Part shown: positions 13,061-26,249 of the stretch, one piece after another | Position numbering within the stretch: the stretch's first letter is position 1 | Layout: each line of letters starts with the position of its first letter | Assembly: GCA_024679065.1 (NCBI GenBank) | Contig: JAGIQG010000014.1 | Location: 27,528,001-27,592,000, forward strand | DNA from: Sphyrna mokarran | Lineage: Eukaryota | Direction: 5' to 3' | Length of the DNA stretch: 64,000 nucleotides | Made by a program: the position numbers and the translations under genes | The notes under the pieces: model-generated | The model's database searches: none | What the model saw: the letters and a program-made list of their open reading frames with translations, nothing else | Told to the model about the DNA's origin: nothing

Positions 13061-13357
13061 TAGAATTGTAGAATTCTTACAGTGCAGAAAGAGACCATTT
13101 GGCCCATCAAGTCTGCACTGATAATAGTCTCACCCAGGCTCTATCCCCATAATCCTATGTATTTACTCTGCTATTCCCCCGACACCTAAGGTGTAATTTA
13201 CCATATTCAATCAACATTAACTTGCACATCTTTAAACCATGGAAGGAAACCCACGCAGACACAGGTAGAACATGCAAACTCCACACAATCACTGGAGTCC
13301 GGAACTGAACCTGGATTTCTGGCACTGTGAGACAGCAATCCGAACCACTGTGCCACA
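13061..13357 (-). mobile_element. HE1-type V-SINE
   Basis: Minus strand: GTGGCACAGTGG A-box, GGTTCAGTTCC B-box, V-domain TGTGTGGAGTTTGCATGTTCT...GTGGGTTTCC and a CR1-derived tail. Confidence 0.85.
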
Positions 13358-15119
13358 TTTTACTTAATGTTAAGTGCTAGTGGAATAGAGAACTATTGAA
13401 CTGGAACCTTCAGTCTGCTTTTTTCTGAATTACATTACAAAGCCCAAAAAATAAGACAGTGTTTATTAGGAGTTACTATGAGTGCTGCAACTCGAAGCAA
13501 CACACAGTTCATGTATCTAACTATGAAACATTTATCTTCTACCAGCAGCTGGTGATGTCAAAGTATGTTCTGATTATGATTTCTATTTTTTAATCATCCA
13601 GTTTAGTATGTGCCACGGTCCAAACATTGTTAGCAATCAAATGAACTGCAAAAAATATAGTATAGTGATGGTTAATTCAAGCCTGCCAGAGACCTAAAAC
13701 AATGGCAATCTTGTCATGTGTACTCTTTGCTACAGATCATGCTTTCAGTAAAGAGTTTAATTATATTTTGTCAATAAACTGGATGTAGTAACCTTAGCAT
13801 AGTGATGTCAAATGCACCTTGAGTAATTAGATAGCAAGTGTCGTGTTGGCAAAGAACTGTAAAAAAAAACCACTGGAGTGCTGGACAGACACAGAATGAT
13901 GAGCCTTGTAATATTCAGTGAGATTTGTAACTGAAAAACGTCACTATCTTTAAATTTAGATGCTTTGTTGGGCAGCTGTTTCATATTAGTTCTGCATTTA
14001 CCTATAATAACCATGACCATAATAAGAAGCAATGACCTGAAAATAATCCACAGAAAGGCTTTCTGAACATAATCTGTACCCGGGTTGGGTTTCAATGTGT
14101 ATGGAAGTGTATCGAGATACAATTGGCATCCAAAATTGATTTATTTTTTAAATTAGGAGGGGGAAACATTGTGTTCTGACTTCAAGCAGAATGGTCCGGC
14201 AAAAAAGAAATCAAGATATATTATTACCATACATAGGATGATCTATAGCTGTAATCCATACTGACCAGCAGAGTCAGGTTTCACTTAAAAAAAATCATTT
14301 GTGGATGGGTACCAGCCAGGGTCAGTGGGTTGAACAATATAGAAATAAAGCTCTGTACATTGAAGAAAAAATGGTTGCCAGGATATGTTGCTGGGAAAAT
14401 ATGCTAGATATGCACTGAAACCACAACAATGTGTTCCACTGGGAAGTTTGCTATTAATGCCATCAGTACACAGTCAACTCTGCAGCCGTTATCACAACTG
14501 AAAAAAGTGAATTGAGTACTGGAAAGTGAATACTTGTTAACAAAAATCCAGGAAAATGTTGTTATCTGCACCCATTGTATTCATTCCTATAACTGAATGG
14601 TTTACTTTTGTTACCTAATCCAGAGATTAAACCCACCATTTTTCAGCCTGGCATTTCTAGATAAAATAATATTTGATATTTTTTTTTCAATATATGCAGC
14701 TGGCAAAAACAATATTACAAAAGCATTTACAGTTTGGCGGGATGCTGTTACAGCTTACGGGATATTGTCTTAAGTGAAAAAGCATTTTTGCAAGCAATCT
14801 ACATAACAGCGACTGTCTGAATTGCAATCTACACATTAATGTAATTGGATTGTCTCACTCTGGACAACTCAGAGCTCGGTCCACATCAGTTTGAAAGTCT
14901 GACAGCTGCAGAATTATTGACATTTATTGACATTTATGTCCTTTTTCCAGGGCAATACAATTCAATGTTAGGTGAAGACATGCTTAGCAGAGGTTTTCCC
15001 ATCTGATCTTTTCTCCCCGAAATGAAATGTTCTACCACAATAAATGGCTCCATCAAGTGGTCAAGATCAGATGCCACAATAGATTAATAAAGGAATGTCC
15101 AACCTTTAAAGAAATTGGC

Positions 15120-18100
15120 TGGATCCTTATGGCACAACTAGTGAATAGGCCATTAAATTTACTTTGACCCTTAATTGAAAAACTTAGCAGAATTTTGCAG
15201 TGGCAGATTTAATATCAAGCGGTGAGAAGGGGGGGAGGAGCAGTGTGGAAGGGTGATGGGGATGACATCACACAATCAGTTACATCACATTAGCTTAAAA
15301 TTACAGCAGGATCTTCTGCTCCTGTCTGCCAGAGACCGGCATGAAACTGACAGCATCCTGCTGACGGGATGCAGATGAAAGACTAATCGGAATCGATCCA
15401 CCTCCCTCCCCATGTCTCATCACCCGGTGAGAAATCACGCCAGTCCACACCAACGCTGTGTGTAAAAGTCAACAATTACTTTAAGATGGTCAGGGAACCT
15501 CACAGGGATGAGGACAAGTTGGAGTCCTCTGCCAACTGGACTTTGGAACACCATGTACAGCACTGGGTGAGTGAACGAAGGTTTGTGGAAATAGGGGTTG
15601 GGGGTTGAAAAACAGGAACGAGAAGAATGAAGAGGGCAGATTTGCAGGTTTAGACAGGGTCAGGATTGTGGTGGTGCTAGGGGAAAGAGAGATTCAGTGG
15701 GGTCTTGCAATGCGTATGCTGATACAGAATAGCAGCGCGGAAGGGTAGTGTCCAGTTGTGGAGTGGAGAGATTATGCAAGTGTCAAGGGGCATGGAGGGG
15801 GGCTGGGGTGCATAGAAGTTGAAGGACTGTGGGAGCATGTCGAGGTGTTTGGTGCATGCAGGGATATGGAGGTGTGAATGGGGATGGGACTGGTGTAGAA
15901 ATGTAAAGAGCCATGGTGAGCGTAGAAGTGAAGCAGCAAGGGAGAGGGGAGTGTAGGGGTATGATGGAGCATGGGGGGGAGCGTAGAAGTGTGAAGGACC
16001 ATGGGGGGAATAGAAGCATTCACAAGGATGCGTGGGTGAAGTCAATGTTGGATTCTTGGGGGAACAAGTCGAGAATAATAGGAGGATATGCTGAAGGTAA
16101 AAATGGGCAGTAGGAGCTGGTGAGGTGGGGAGGTATGAAACTGCAACAATGTCAGGTAAAAGGGCACTGAAAGTTATTGGTGGGGATGCAAAAAATGACT
16201 CAGATTGAGAATCAGGGTGGATATGTCTATAGTTATGGAGTAGAGCTGGGTTGGGGATGGATTTCCTGAAAGGAAAGCACCTTTACATTAAGTTGGAAGT
16301 CTCAGCATACATGGGAAAGTCCTTGCACATTGCTGTCAAGAGTTGTAACAAAAATACTTGCCTCATTCCAGGGGATATAGGGACTCTCTAGGATGATGAA
16401 GGGGTTGGGGCTGCACAAAGATTTAAGAATTATCACAGTACACCGCATTAGACATGATAAAAAAAACAGGGTGAGCTATACTTACAAAAGTTTGATAAGT
16501 ATCACATTCATTGTTACCCATGCAACCATTTATGAATTCAGGATTTACTTAACTTTTCTCTCCCAACAAACACTTAAGTGCTCCGCTGACATCCACAGCA
16601 GGGATGGAGACAGCCTGTTGACCCATTGGTCCTGTTGCTTTGGATCGACCTGGTGCTTTTCTCTGGAGATCCAAGGCATGGAGGGGCCCAGATTACTTTG
16701 GCTGTTGGACAGCTGCTCTGTTTATGGTAAGAGGATGAGGTTGAAGGGGTTATGGACAAAAAGAATTTAGAAAGGCCAGACCAGTTCAGACGGTGCCAGG
16801 GATGCTCAGCTTCCACTTCTCATCCCTTTGGGTGCCAGATGGACCCTGCCTGACTCTTGTGGGAAAGGGGCACCTAGTGGGAGGTCGAGGTGCCATGTTT
16901 GCCTTTTGCATAGCGACTGTGGAAGCATACTCATGGTTACCTCAGTGGAGTGCAGATCTAAGTGCACCTCTGGCAGAATCTGCTGGTCTGGGTTTGCCAT
17001 GGAATCCACCATCCTCCTCATGAAGACTCCAAGCATGAACAGATCAGCACCACTTCATCAACCTGCAGCAAGCAGGCTTCCTCTTCCTGCGTGCCACCCT
17101 ATGGAGGACCACTGACACTTCTGCCTGATGTTTTCATACTTTCTGCTGCGTCTCCATCATCAGTTGGAAGGCTGATTCCAAAGTCAATCATTGGACTTGA
17201 ACCTTACAAATGTCTCTTCCCCAGAACCGTTCCAAGTGCCAGAGAGCTAAGCTAACCCTGTCTCCTCCTGCTGTAAATACACATCCATGCAGCAACAGCC
17301 AGAATGTGAGATTCTTCCTACAGTAGAACTAATACCCATTGAGGTGTGTGTTTTTCGACTGGTGGAGTTCACAGATGTTTGCTGTGATGCCTCCACTTGT
17401 TCACTTTGGTCATCTACAATATCCTTGCTCTTCTTTGGGTTTGTGTTTGAACTGGACAGGGCTTCCTGAGTCCTGGGTCTTGCCCTCTTTCTGGTGGCAC
17501 CTGTAAGTGAGAGGAGAGCATAAGTAACTGCATCAGCTGCCTTCAACCTGGGCTCTCGCCCCCCAAAATCAGTGAGTTTGTTTAACTGTGGCTGGACTCC
17601 TGTCATCTTCTCCCTCTCTCACCTAATATAGCTTAACTACTTCTGCGCAAAAAGAGAAGTTGCATTTCGTTTTTCATTGTGAACATCAATTTTATGTAAA
17701 TTTCTCATGTTTTCAGACTCTTAAATAACCCACTGGATTGTGTGACATGAAATTGATACACTGCAAGTTGTGATTTGTGGAGTTCGCTGGTGCCCTCAAT
17801 GCCCCTTTCTCCCTCTTCCCCGCCCTCTCAACTGCCCCTTCTAGACAACATATGAGCTTTCTGTTTGGAAGGGTGAAGGAGCCACAGAATAGGTGAACTG
17901 CAGTGGGTCTATGAGGTATAAAAGACCTTATCACGATGCCAGAGAGAGCCATATTCCTTGTACCATTCACTGAGGTACAATGGAACAGTGTGAGCAGTTG
18001 CATATTCATTTAACATGGCATAACGGATGAGGTCATTCATTCTTTTACAACTTTGCAGAGCAATTCTCAGCTGAGACCTTGAACACTGATAGCTCTGGAT

Positions 18101-18300
18101 ATTTGCTCCAAAGTAGGGTTCATCTCCCTCCTCCTCCCTTCTGCTGGAAAGAGGCCATCCCTCTGGATCTCCACTTGACCCCAAGAAAGACACTCGGGCA
18201 CATGTTGCATTCTTGCCATCCTAAGAAATCAGTTTTTACCTTTTGTTTTCTTATCTCTAAGCTTATTCCATTTTTTGATCACATTGTGTAAAATATTTCC
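15120..18300 (-). mobile_element. Decayed PIF/Harbinger transposon with Myb/SANT gene remnant
   Basis: Minus strand 18180-18015: ..QRDGLFP.EGRR...., then IA.QSCKRMNDLIRYA. At 17630-17550: RE.EK.TG..P.L.KLTDF, which resembles the RER.KTGGG motif of Harbinger Myb/SANT proteins. Purine-rich GGCATG-type spacer at 15.6-16.3 kb. Termini not resolved. Confidence 0.6.
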
Positions 18301-18900
18301 TGATATTAGTCCAAATAGACACCCATCTCTAAACCGAACCTGTGTCCCCTAATCAACTCCCAAGGTTTAATTTAAAATAATATTCTCGATTAACTTTCTC
18401 AATAACCTTAACAAGTCTTATCAGAATCTCTCAATCATCTCTTCCAAAACTGCAAAAAGATTTCTCTAATCTTTGCCCATAAACCAGAACACTCCCCCAA
18501 CTCCTCTACCCGGCCCTCTTATCAACATTGAATTTAGCTCATGACTCTTCTGTGGAGTAACTCTGCTGCTCGATTGTCTGTTTCATTTCTTGGTGGCCAG
18601 AACTGGATTTAATATTGAAAATGAAGTCTAACCAGAGCACTGTCCAGTTTGATCATTATCTCCTCAATTTATATTTTACTGTTGTGTTAGTTGTAGTTCC
18701 AGAAGATACTGGCTTTGCTAATTGTTGCTAGTAAAACTCCTATGTCTTTTCAACTTCATGTTTACCAACTTTAGCATATTCAAAGAATATCTATCTCCCC
18801 TGTTCCCCCTTAGTTTGGTATCATTTATGAATTGGACCACTTTGCACTTAGTTTCTGAAGCCTAAGTTTAACGTACCTATTCGTCCATCTTCAAGTGTGA
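18300..18900 (-). repeat. Highly decayed CR1 3' fragment
   Basis: Minus strand CTGGTTAGACTTCATTTTCAATATTAAATCCAGTTCTGGCCACC resembles LVRPHLEY.VQFW.P. Confidence 0.45.
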
Positions 18901-18936
18901 AGAGGATGTAATAAGAAAAATGTTTTAATAAAAAGG

Positions 18937-19208
18937 GTGGCGCATTGCCAGGGACCTGGGCACAATTCAGGCCTTGGGTGACCGTCTCTGAGGAGTTTCC
19001 ACATCCTCCCTGCATTGTGTGAGTTTCCCCAGGATACTCCAGTTTCTTCCCAGAATCCAAAAATTTGCAGGTTAGGTGGATTAACTACAGTACAACGCAA
19101 GCGGCTATGGTGATAGGGTGGAGAAGAGGACCTGAATAAGATGTTCTTTAGAGATTTGGTGTAGATCAAATAGGCCAAATGGCTTCCTTCTGCAGTGTAG
19201 AGATTCAA
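18937..19208 (+). mobile_element. HE1-type V-SINE (internally deleted)
   Basis: GGGTGGC head, GGAGTTTCCACATCCTCCC...CTCCAGTTTCTTCCCA V-domain, GGCCAAATGGC stem and tail. Confidence 0.75.
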
Positions 19209-20054
19209 TAAAAAATGTTTGTAACAAGATAGTTATCCGGTGAAGACCGCTATTAGCTTGAAGATATGTGAATTGCTGTTGGGCACATTCTTCTACAGCA
19301 GTTTACAAGCAAATCAAATGAATTTTGCTTATCCAACTTATTTCAGAGAAAAGTGCTCAGTTGGACAGGAATGTAGTCCTGGTGCACTGTGGCTATCAGG
19401 TTACAATGCCATGAGGCTCCAGAGACTGCCCCATTCTGTGAATAAGTTGAATATCTTGACCTTGACATCTTTACAAATGTAGTACAAAATTGACTGCAAA
19501 GAGTGAGGCCTCGAGGCCTGTGATTAGTTTGTGTCCTACCTTTAAGCCATGAATGAGTTTGTGTACATAGGGGCCCATAATTATAAATGACATGGTTCTG
19601 AAATGTTGCTAACATGTAACGGATGGCTCCTGACTTTGAAAAAAAAGAAAACTGATCACAAATTATGTGGAGGTATTACCTAATTATTTTACAGAGCCCT
19701 CAGCAATTCAAGAGTTTGAAGAAACCTGCTACTACTTCTGAAACATGTTGTGTAACTGTCATTGGCAGACGAACTGTGTTTAAGACTGTGAGTTACAGAC
19801 ATGATAGATTTAGTTGTGATGCTGTCTGTGGTTGAATAGTCTGCACAACATTTACAGCTGGATTCAAATGTGAAGCATGCTGTCTGAGTTTGGTATCTAA
19901 CTGCTAAGCAAGAATCAACCTCTTCAGGAAAGGTGAGGTGAAAATTGGACAAAGGAATGAAACATTGTACTGCAGTTAAAGTATATTTCTTTTTATTTTA
20001 TTGCATTTGTTCTTCTTTTCCACAACGTCACATCGTTATTTCCAAGACATCACT

Positions 20055-20360
20055 GGGGCTGCACGGTAACACAGTGGTTAGGACTGCAGCCTCACAGTAT
20101 GAGGGACCCAGATTCAATTCCTGGCTTGGATCACTGTCTGCACAGATTTGTTCCTCTGTCTGTGTGGATTTCCTCTGGATGCTCCAGTTTCCTCCCATGG
20201 TCCAAAAGATGTACTGGTTAAGTGCATTGGACATGCTAAATTCTCCCTCAGTGCACCCGAAAAGATGCTGGAGTGTGCTTTCAAGGGAATTTTCACAGTA
20301 ACTTCATTGTATGTTAATGTAAGCTTCCTTGTGACATCTAATAAATAAACTTTTAAAGTT
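20055..20360 (+). mobile_element. tRNA-derived V-SINE with a non-CR1 tail
   Basis: GGTAACACAGTGG A-box, GATTCAATTCC B-box and V-domain. Tail TTTTCACAGTAACTTCATTG...CTTGTGACATCTAATAAATAAACTT, also seen at 32960-33027 and 44119-44147. Confidence 0.8.
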
Positions 20361-20779
20361 TAAAAAATCTTTAGAAATTTTACAGTAGTCAATGATCTTC
20401 ACCAGTTGATGAGGGAGAATCTATTTCTTGGTTTTCTGTCATGTATCCATTTTTTCTGGCCTAGTGAAAAATATACCTATATTTCTCAACAGTCAGGAGC
20501 CACCTGGTAGGATCAGAGACTTGAATTTGGTTTCTGAAATTCTCCACTCCAGAAATGATTCCCAATAAATAGCGATTTTCATCACTACCGCTCATTTTGC
20601 TGAGGATTTAATAGCTTTTCATTGCACAATGTTTGAACTTCACTGTTGTTGAGAGTGCTGGATGGCTATCACGTTGATCTTAAAATTGAACAATGTTTGA
20701 TTGTGTGTATGGCAATACCATTTTGTGCTGGGTGGTAAGGGCACAATTAAAAATCACTCTGGGCACCAGTTTCCCAGGC

Positions 20780-21490
20780 TGCTGTGCTGCTTGAGTACTG
20801 CAGAGAGTCAAGAAATATAAGCAGGGGTGGAAAAATGGTATTCGTAACTAATGTCTGGCCTTTCACAATCTTTCCCATCCATTTCTTTTGAATGTAATCA
20901 GCCTTGCACAGGGAACAGTGTGAGGCTGATTGCCATATTGAAATCCTGACTTCCATCAATATAGTAAGCCTGGGACTCAATTGTTTGTGCTTACTAAAGT
21001 TTCTGACGGGGTGGTTGGAGGTCCACATCAGTGGGGATCTCATATGGTGCCCATCAATGAGAACCAGATGTGATGGCCATGCTGATGTGACTAGAGGCCC
21101 CTCGGAGCTTGAAGGGAAGAAGGAGTGCCCCTTGTGCAGTGCCAACCCTTGAACAACAGGAGGTGCTGGAGATTGGGTGGGATCTGGGACCAGCCATCGG
21201 GGATCAGTGGGGGGTTGGGAGGCAGTCATCAGGAGGTCAGTCCGGTCATCAAGAGGCCAAATCTGGCCACTGGGAGATTGGGGCCAGTGATCAGAGGCCG
21301 AGAACAGCCATCAGGATTGCTGCCAATTGGGAAGCTGGCAATGGGGGAGGTGAAAGTGCTTATCAACTGATGTTCATCCAGTTAGTGTCATCTTTAATAG
21401 TGTAGACACGGCAAGTTCACAAAGAAAAAGTTAGGATTATATAGCATTTTATAATGTAGGAAAAGTTGCAAATAATCTGCACACAGCCCT
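20780..21490. repeat. Putative non-autonomous DNA-transposon-like repeat
   Basis: G-rich GATC/GGGG spacer flanked by ends of the style seen at 27.4 and 29.5 kb. Terminal inverted repeats are weak. Confidence 0.3.
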
Positions 21491-21509
21491 AACAGGGGCA
21501 TTTCCCAAT

Positions 21510-22240
21510 GGGGAAATGCTCAAGAAGTCAGAAGCACAAAGGGACTCGGAAATTCTTGTTCAAGATTTTCTTAAGGTTAATGTGCAGGTTCAGTTGGCAA
21601 TTAGCAAGGCAAATACAATGATAGCATTCATGTCAAGACAATTAGAATACAAGAGCAAAGTTGTACTTCTGAGCAACATAAGACTCTGGTCAGACTCCAT
21701 TTGGAATATAGTGAGCAGTTTTAGGCCCTGTATCTAAGGCAGGATGTGCTGGCCTTGGAAAGGATCCAGAGGAGGTTCACAAGAATGATCCGTGAATGAA
21801 GAACTTGTTGTATGAGAAACGGTTGAGGACTCTGAGTCTTACGCATTGTAGTTTAGAAGGATGAAGGGGCATCTTGTTGAAACTTACAGGATGTTATGAG
21901 GCCTGGATAGAGTGGACATGGAGAGAATGTTTTCACTAGTAGGAAAAACTAGAACCAGAGGAAACAACCTCAGGTTAAAAGGGCCATTTTTTAAAACACA
22001 GATGAGGGGGAATTTCTTCAGAAAGAGAGTGGAGAATCTGTGGAACTCTTTGCCACAGAAGGCTATGGAGGCCAGGCCATTGAGTGTCTTTAAGACAGAG
22101 AGAGAGAGAGATTCTTGATTTAATAAGGGGATCAGGGGTTATGGGGAAGAGGCAGGAAAATGGGAATATCAGCAATGATTGAATGGCAGAGCAGACTTGA
22201 TGGGCTGAGTGGCCTAATTCTACTCCTATGTCTTATGGTT
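21510..22240 (+). mobile_element. CR1 3' fragment
   Basis: E.QRD..ILVQD.LKVN.QV, LVRLHLEY.EQF, TRG..LRLKG..F.T.MR.NFF..RV.NLWNSLPQKA; tail CTCCTATGTCTTATGG. Confidence 0.9.
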
Positions 22241-22289
22241 TAACAACAATGAAATAAAGGACCAAATCATCTGTTTCAAATTAAACCAA

Positions 22290-22492
22290 AGTACTGCAGA
22301 TGCTGGGATCTGAAACAGATATAGAAAAATGCTGGAAAACCTCAGCAGGTCTGACAGCATCTGTGGAGAGAGAATAGATGTAACGTTTTGAGTCTAGATG
22401 ATCCTTTATCAGACCTTTGGAGATCTATCCTTTCTCCACAGATGCTGTCAAATCTGTTGAGATTTTCCAGCATTTTCTGCATCTGTTTCAGA
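22290..22492. repeat. Inverted pair of Penelope pseudo-LTR fragments (hairpin)
   Basis: TCTGAAACAGAT...ATGCTGGAAAA.CTCAGCAGGTCTGACAGCATCTGTGGAGA and its near reverse complement at 22432-22492. Decayed hammerhead core on the minus strand at ~22381-22413. Confidence 0.75.
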
Positions 22493-24769
22493 TATTAGTT
22501 GAAAGATGAGTGTTGGTTAGGACAATCCATTATAGGCCATCAAAGGTTCAGTGAACTTTCCCTGTCTGGTGGAACTCACTATTGCTGCACTAAATGCTGC
22601 CAGCATTGTATAAGTTAGCACAAGCACAAGTATTACCACTTGATGCAGGTCAAAGCTGATACATTGAGAGATATTGATTCAATACCAAGCACAGAGATAG
22701 CACTTTGTTCACTGCTTGTAATTGAATCCATATTAGTACAAACAATAGTGTTTAATAATTTAGGTATAAACATCAGTCTTTTTCCAGATGTTGAAGAGAC
22801 CTCTTCCGCAGAAGATAGCCTCACGATGATCACTAACTATGCAATGTGAGTGATTCAAACCATCTGCAGATGAAGTGCTAGAACTAACGGATTGTGCACA
22901 GCAGAGCAGAGCCGTCAACTGAGTAATTCATGGAAAACCTCATTAACCCAGAACAACAGCTTTCTCATACAACCTCGACAGCTGACGCTGACATCATCCC
23001 CCACAGAGTGACATTTCATTCACAAATGTCCGTGTGTAATAAGTGATATCAGGACAGCAGCCAGAACAGGAACTGCTGAGCATTAGTCAAGCTAGTCAAT
23101 GATGCTATTCAGGAATCAAACTCTAAAGCTGAAATTGACCACAATGTAGAGAAAACTGCCAATAAAAGGCTTAGTTACCTTCAATTCCAGCCAATTAAGG
23201 GCCCTCAAAACCACACTTTAAACCATGAAGTACTTAGCAAGACCCTGATTATGCAAAGGGATACAAATTAAGTTAGCAGGGTAACAGATAGGTATAGTAA
23301 CTGTTAGCAAAGCATAATCACAGAAGAATAACCTTTTAGTTCTAACAAGTTGAAGCACCCCAAGGATTACTCTATGCAATCTGAGATGGCTTTGAAATTA
23401 TTCCTCCTAAAAGCAGGAAAGTACATGTTTTAATATGTTCTGAGCAGCTTACACACAGGCTGCCTTAGAAAGTGTAGCAAACTTTGCCTCTCTTTCTGAT
23501 AACTGTTGATGTTGTTGGCTCAGGAAGCCTTTTATTTTAAACATAGCATGAAACCTGGCACTTAGCTGCCAACAGACATGCTGTTCATTCTGCACTGTGA
23601 TTAGTGACTTGACTTGAGGACTGAGAGAAAATAGTGCTCAGTGTTATTAAAGTAGTGTAATCCTCAAGAGGCAAAGCACACTGTTAAAACCCCAAAACTG
23701 AACAAAACTGCAGTATGTTGCAGATAAAAAACTGAAAACAATTCTGCGGCATGTTATAATCTTGATAGGAGAGAGTATTAATGTAATAAACTTGATCTGA
23801 CAACTAATGGCACTCTTGTGGTCTATTGTGATCATTGTTGGTAAAATAAATACTACAATGTGTTCCAGGTGTCAACTTTGGCTCAGTTGACCCATGCACC
23901 TTCACCTACTCCAATGGCCCCTCATACTCTCCATCCTTATCCTTGCGACCCATCCATCCACATTGCCTCTTATAACCCCTATGTTAACTTAGTGCTAACT
24001 CATGCTAACACATGTCCCTCCCACCCACCACCTTTTGCTTGTTTCCATGTCAATTCACCCAGTATCTATCATGAGAAGACCTCAGGAGCCATGCTGAGAT
24101 GAAAATAAAGTTCTAAGCATCTATTATAAACTTTACTATATTGAAAAAAGTTCTAATTGATAAAATCCATTCAATGTATTTCAATCTCCTTAAGTTCTTA
24201 TTCCCTTTTGAAACAAACATTTTTATTCATAGCTCTATGTCAGAGATAGCTAATCTCTTAATAGCTTCTTGGAGCTATCAATAGAACTGTGAACCTACAG
24301 CTCCACAATAGTAAAAACAGGTTTTGAAAACAGTTAAGAAGTAATACCACTATAGTGTTTGTCCTTGTTGTTATGTTAACAAACAGCTGTTAAAACGACC
24401 CATTTTTTTCAACTCAGAGTAAGTTGTTTCTTTTCAAAATATAAAGGGCAGAGGATTTAAATAACATGCCAGCTTGATAGTTCCACAGAACTTACCTGAG
24501 TATTCAGATCTACTCTTTAAAATTATAAGTCATACAGTATGGGAAATGGATCTATTACAGCGAAAACGAGGTCTGTTTGAACTCAGCATTATGTTCAAAT
24601 AACTGTGCTGGGTTCAGATTTCTCCCATGTGTGAATCATACTGCACTCTCTTTAATCTACCACTGAAGTAGGGCCAGACTTTTGGACCCAGGATCCCAGT
24701 GTTATCTTGAAAAGATATGGAATCCCTAAGATTAACAAAATTTGGGCCTTCAAAGCAGTACCATGAAAA

Positions 24770-25066
24770 TAGTGGTCAATCAGAGTTGCTGCCTTTCAGA
24801 TGAAGTGTTGAACCAAGGCCCCCTCTGTCCTCTCAAGTGGATGTAAACAATCCCATGACATGCTGACAACAATCAGGGGAATTCTCCTAATTTCTTGATG
24901 AAAATTCATCTGTCAATTACGAACATAGATTATCTTGTTATCTTTCTGTGCTTATTGTGCAAAAACTGGCTGCTGCATTCCCCACATTGCAGCAGTGACT
25001 ACACTTGAAAATTGGCTGTAAAGTAATTTGGGATGTGGTGCAAAGTGCATGTAAGTTATTTCTTTA
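24770..25066 (+). mobile_element. Deu-domain SINE (SacSINE1/AmnSINE1-like) remnant
   Basis: CTTTCAGATGA...AACCAAGGCCCC...GGATGTAAA.AATCCCATG...GGGGAATTCTCC...TGGCTGC...ACATTGCAGCAGTGACTACACTT...ATTGGCTGTAAAG..TTTGGGA matches the Deu domain as I recall it. Confidence 0.75.
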
Positions 25067-26249
25067 AGCTGTATTGCAGAACACTGTGATCCTGAGGACA
25101 GTATTTCAAATGCTAATGGCAACATTACAGTGCTTTACAACCCCTAATCAGAACAATATCATGACACAATGATAGAAGATTCATCATCTCTCTTGTCTGG
25201 GATGGAATTGAAAAAAAAGACATTCAAATTCACCATACCTATATTCAGGTTTATCTTGTCTCCAAGAGATTGGCCACTATCTGGGTGTTCTCAGCTGGAG
25301 ATCAATGGAAGGAGTTGCTTGATTACTGTGTTCCCAACCATTGTTTTTAGGATCCACCAAAAACTAGAATGTGGGGTTAATGAAGTCAGACAATTGATTT
25401 GCTTTGTGTTATAGGTTGCTATTGACAATAGGACTATTGCATTCCTGCATTGATAGCAAACTATAAATATAGCGTTATCTTAACTATGTGTTTCAATATA
25501 TTTCAATCGGAACAAAGTATTATTTGATCTGAATCTGCAACTCCAGAATCAGAGTTCCAAGATAAACAGAATGTAGATTCAACGGCCTTTTTATTGGTTA
25601 CATTATGTGTTTATTAAACAGTCTGTTTTTGTACAGGGCCTTTTCTACGAACATCATCTCAGCGTCTGTCTGCTGAGTGGTATCATAGCTTTTACTTCAC
25701 TGGCCATTGATTTCTGTTGTGTGTAAGCAATTACTCACAAAGTCCCTTCCAGTAGCCAAGAAATCTGTTTGGAATTGCAATTGAAGAATATATAAAGGAT
25801 ATTTCAAAACAGACACTCGGATCTAGCTCATTGTTTCACCTGAGATTCTTGTTACTCTGATATGAAACAAATACTAAGCCTGCAGCAGAATCACAGATAA
25901 GATATGTTGAGTTTTTTTAAAAAAAGGCCTCACTCATCATCTCTTATTCCTTCTGTTATTCACAGTACTCCAGGGTATGCTTCTTTTATTGTTATGCAAA
26001 TCACCCACTATTATGCACTTTGCTTCTGAGTTTTTATTGTTGCGTTGCTTCTTGTTATTGACATAATTGCCCTTTGCTGTGATTAGAAAGTACAGCCATG
26101 CTTCTTACTGAATGCACATGGAGGAAATGATTCAATAAAGCCCCAATTCTACAACCAAAAATATTCAAATTGTTGAGGCAAAGCTAAAATAGCCTTGATA
26201 AATCCCAAATACTGTCAATTCTATAGTACTTCTGACTCTCTACTCCTAA

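Noticed and set aside
15677-16045. His/Pro-rich ORFs
   Set aside because: Products of a low-complexity purine-rich transposon spacer.
19695-19787. AG/GT-bounded open segments as host exons (also 22788-22845, 25637-25722, minus 26760-26807 and ~30848)
   Set aside because: The peptides match nothing I recognise, phases and strands do not chain into a gene, and this number is expected by chance in 64 kb.
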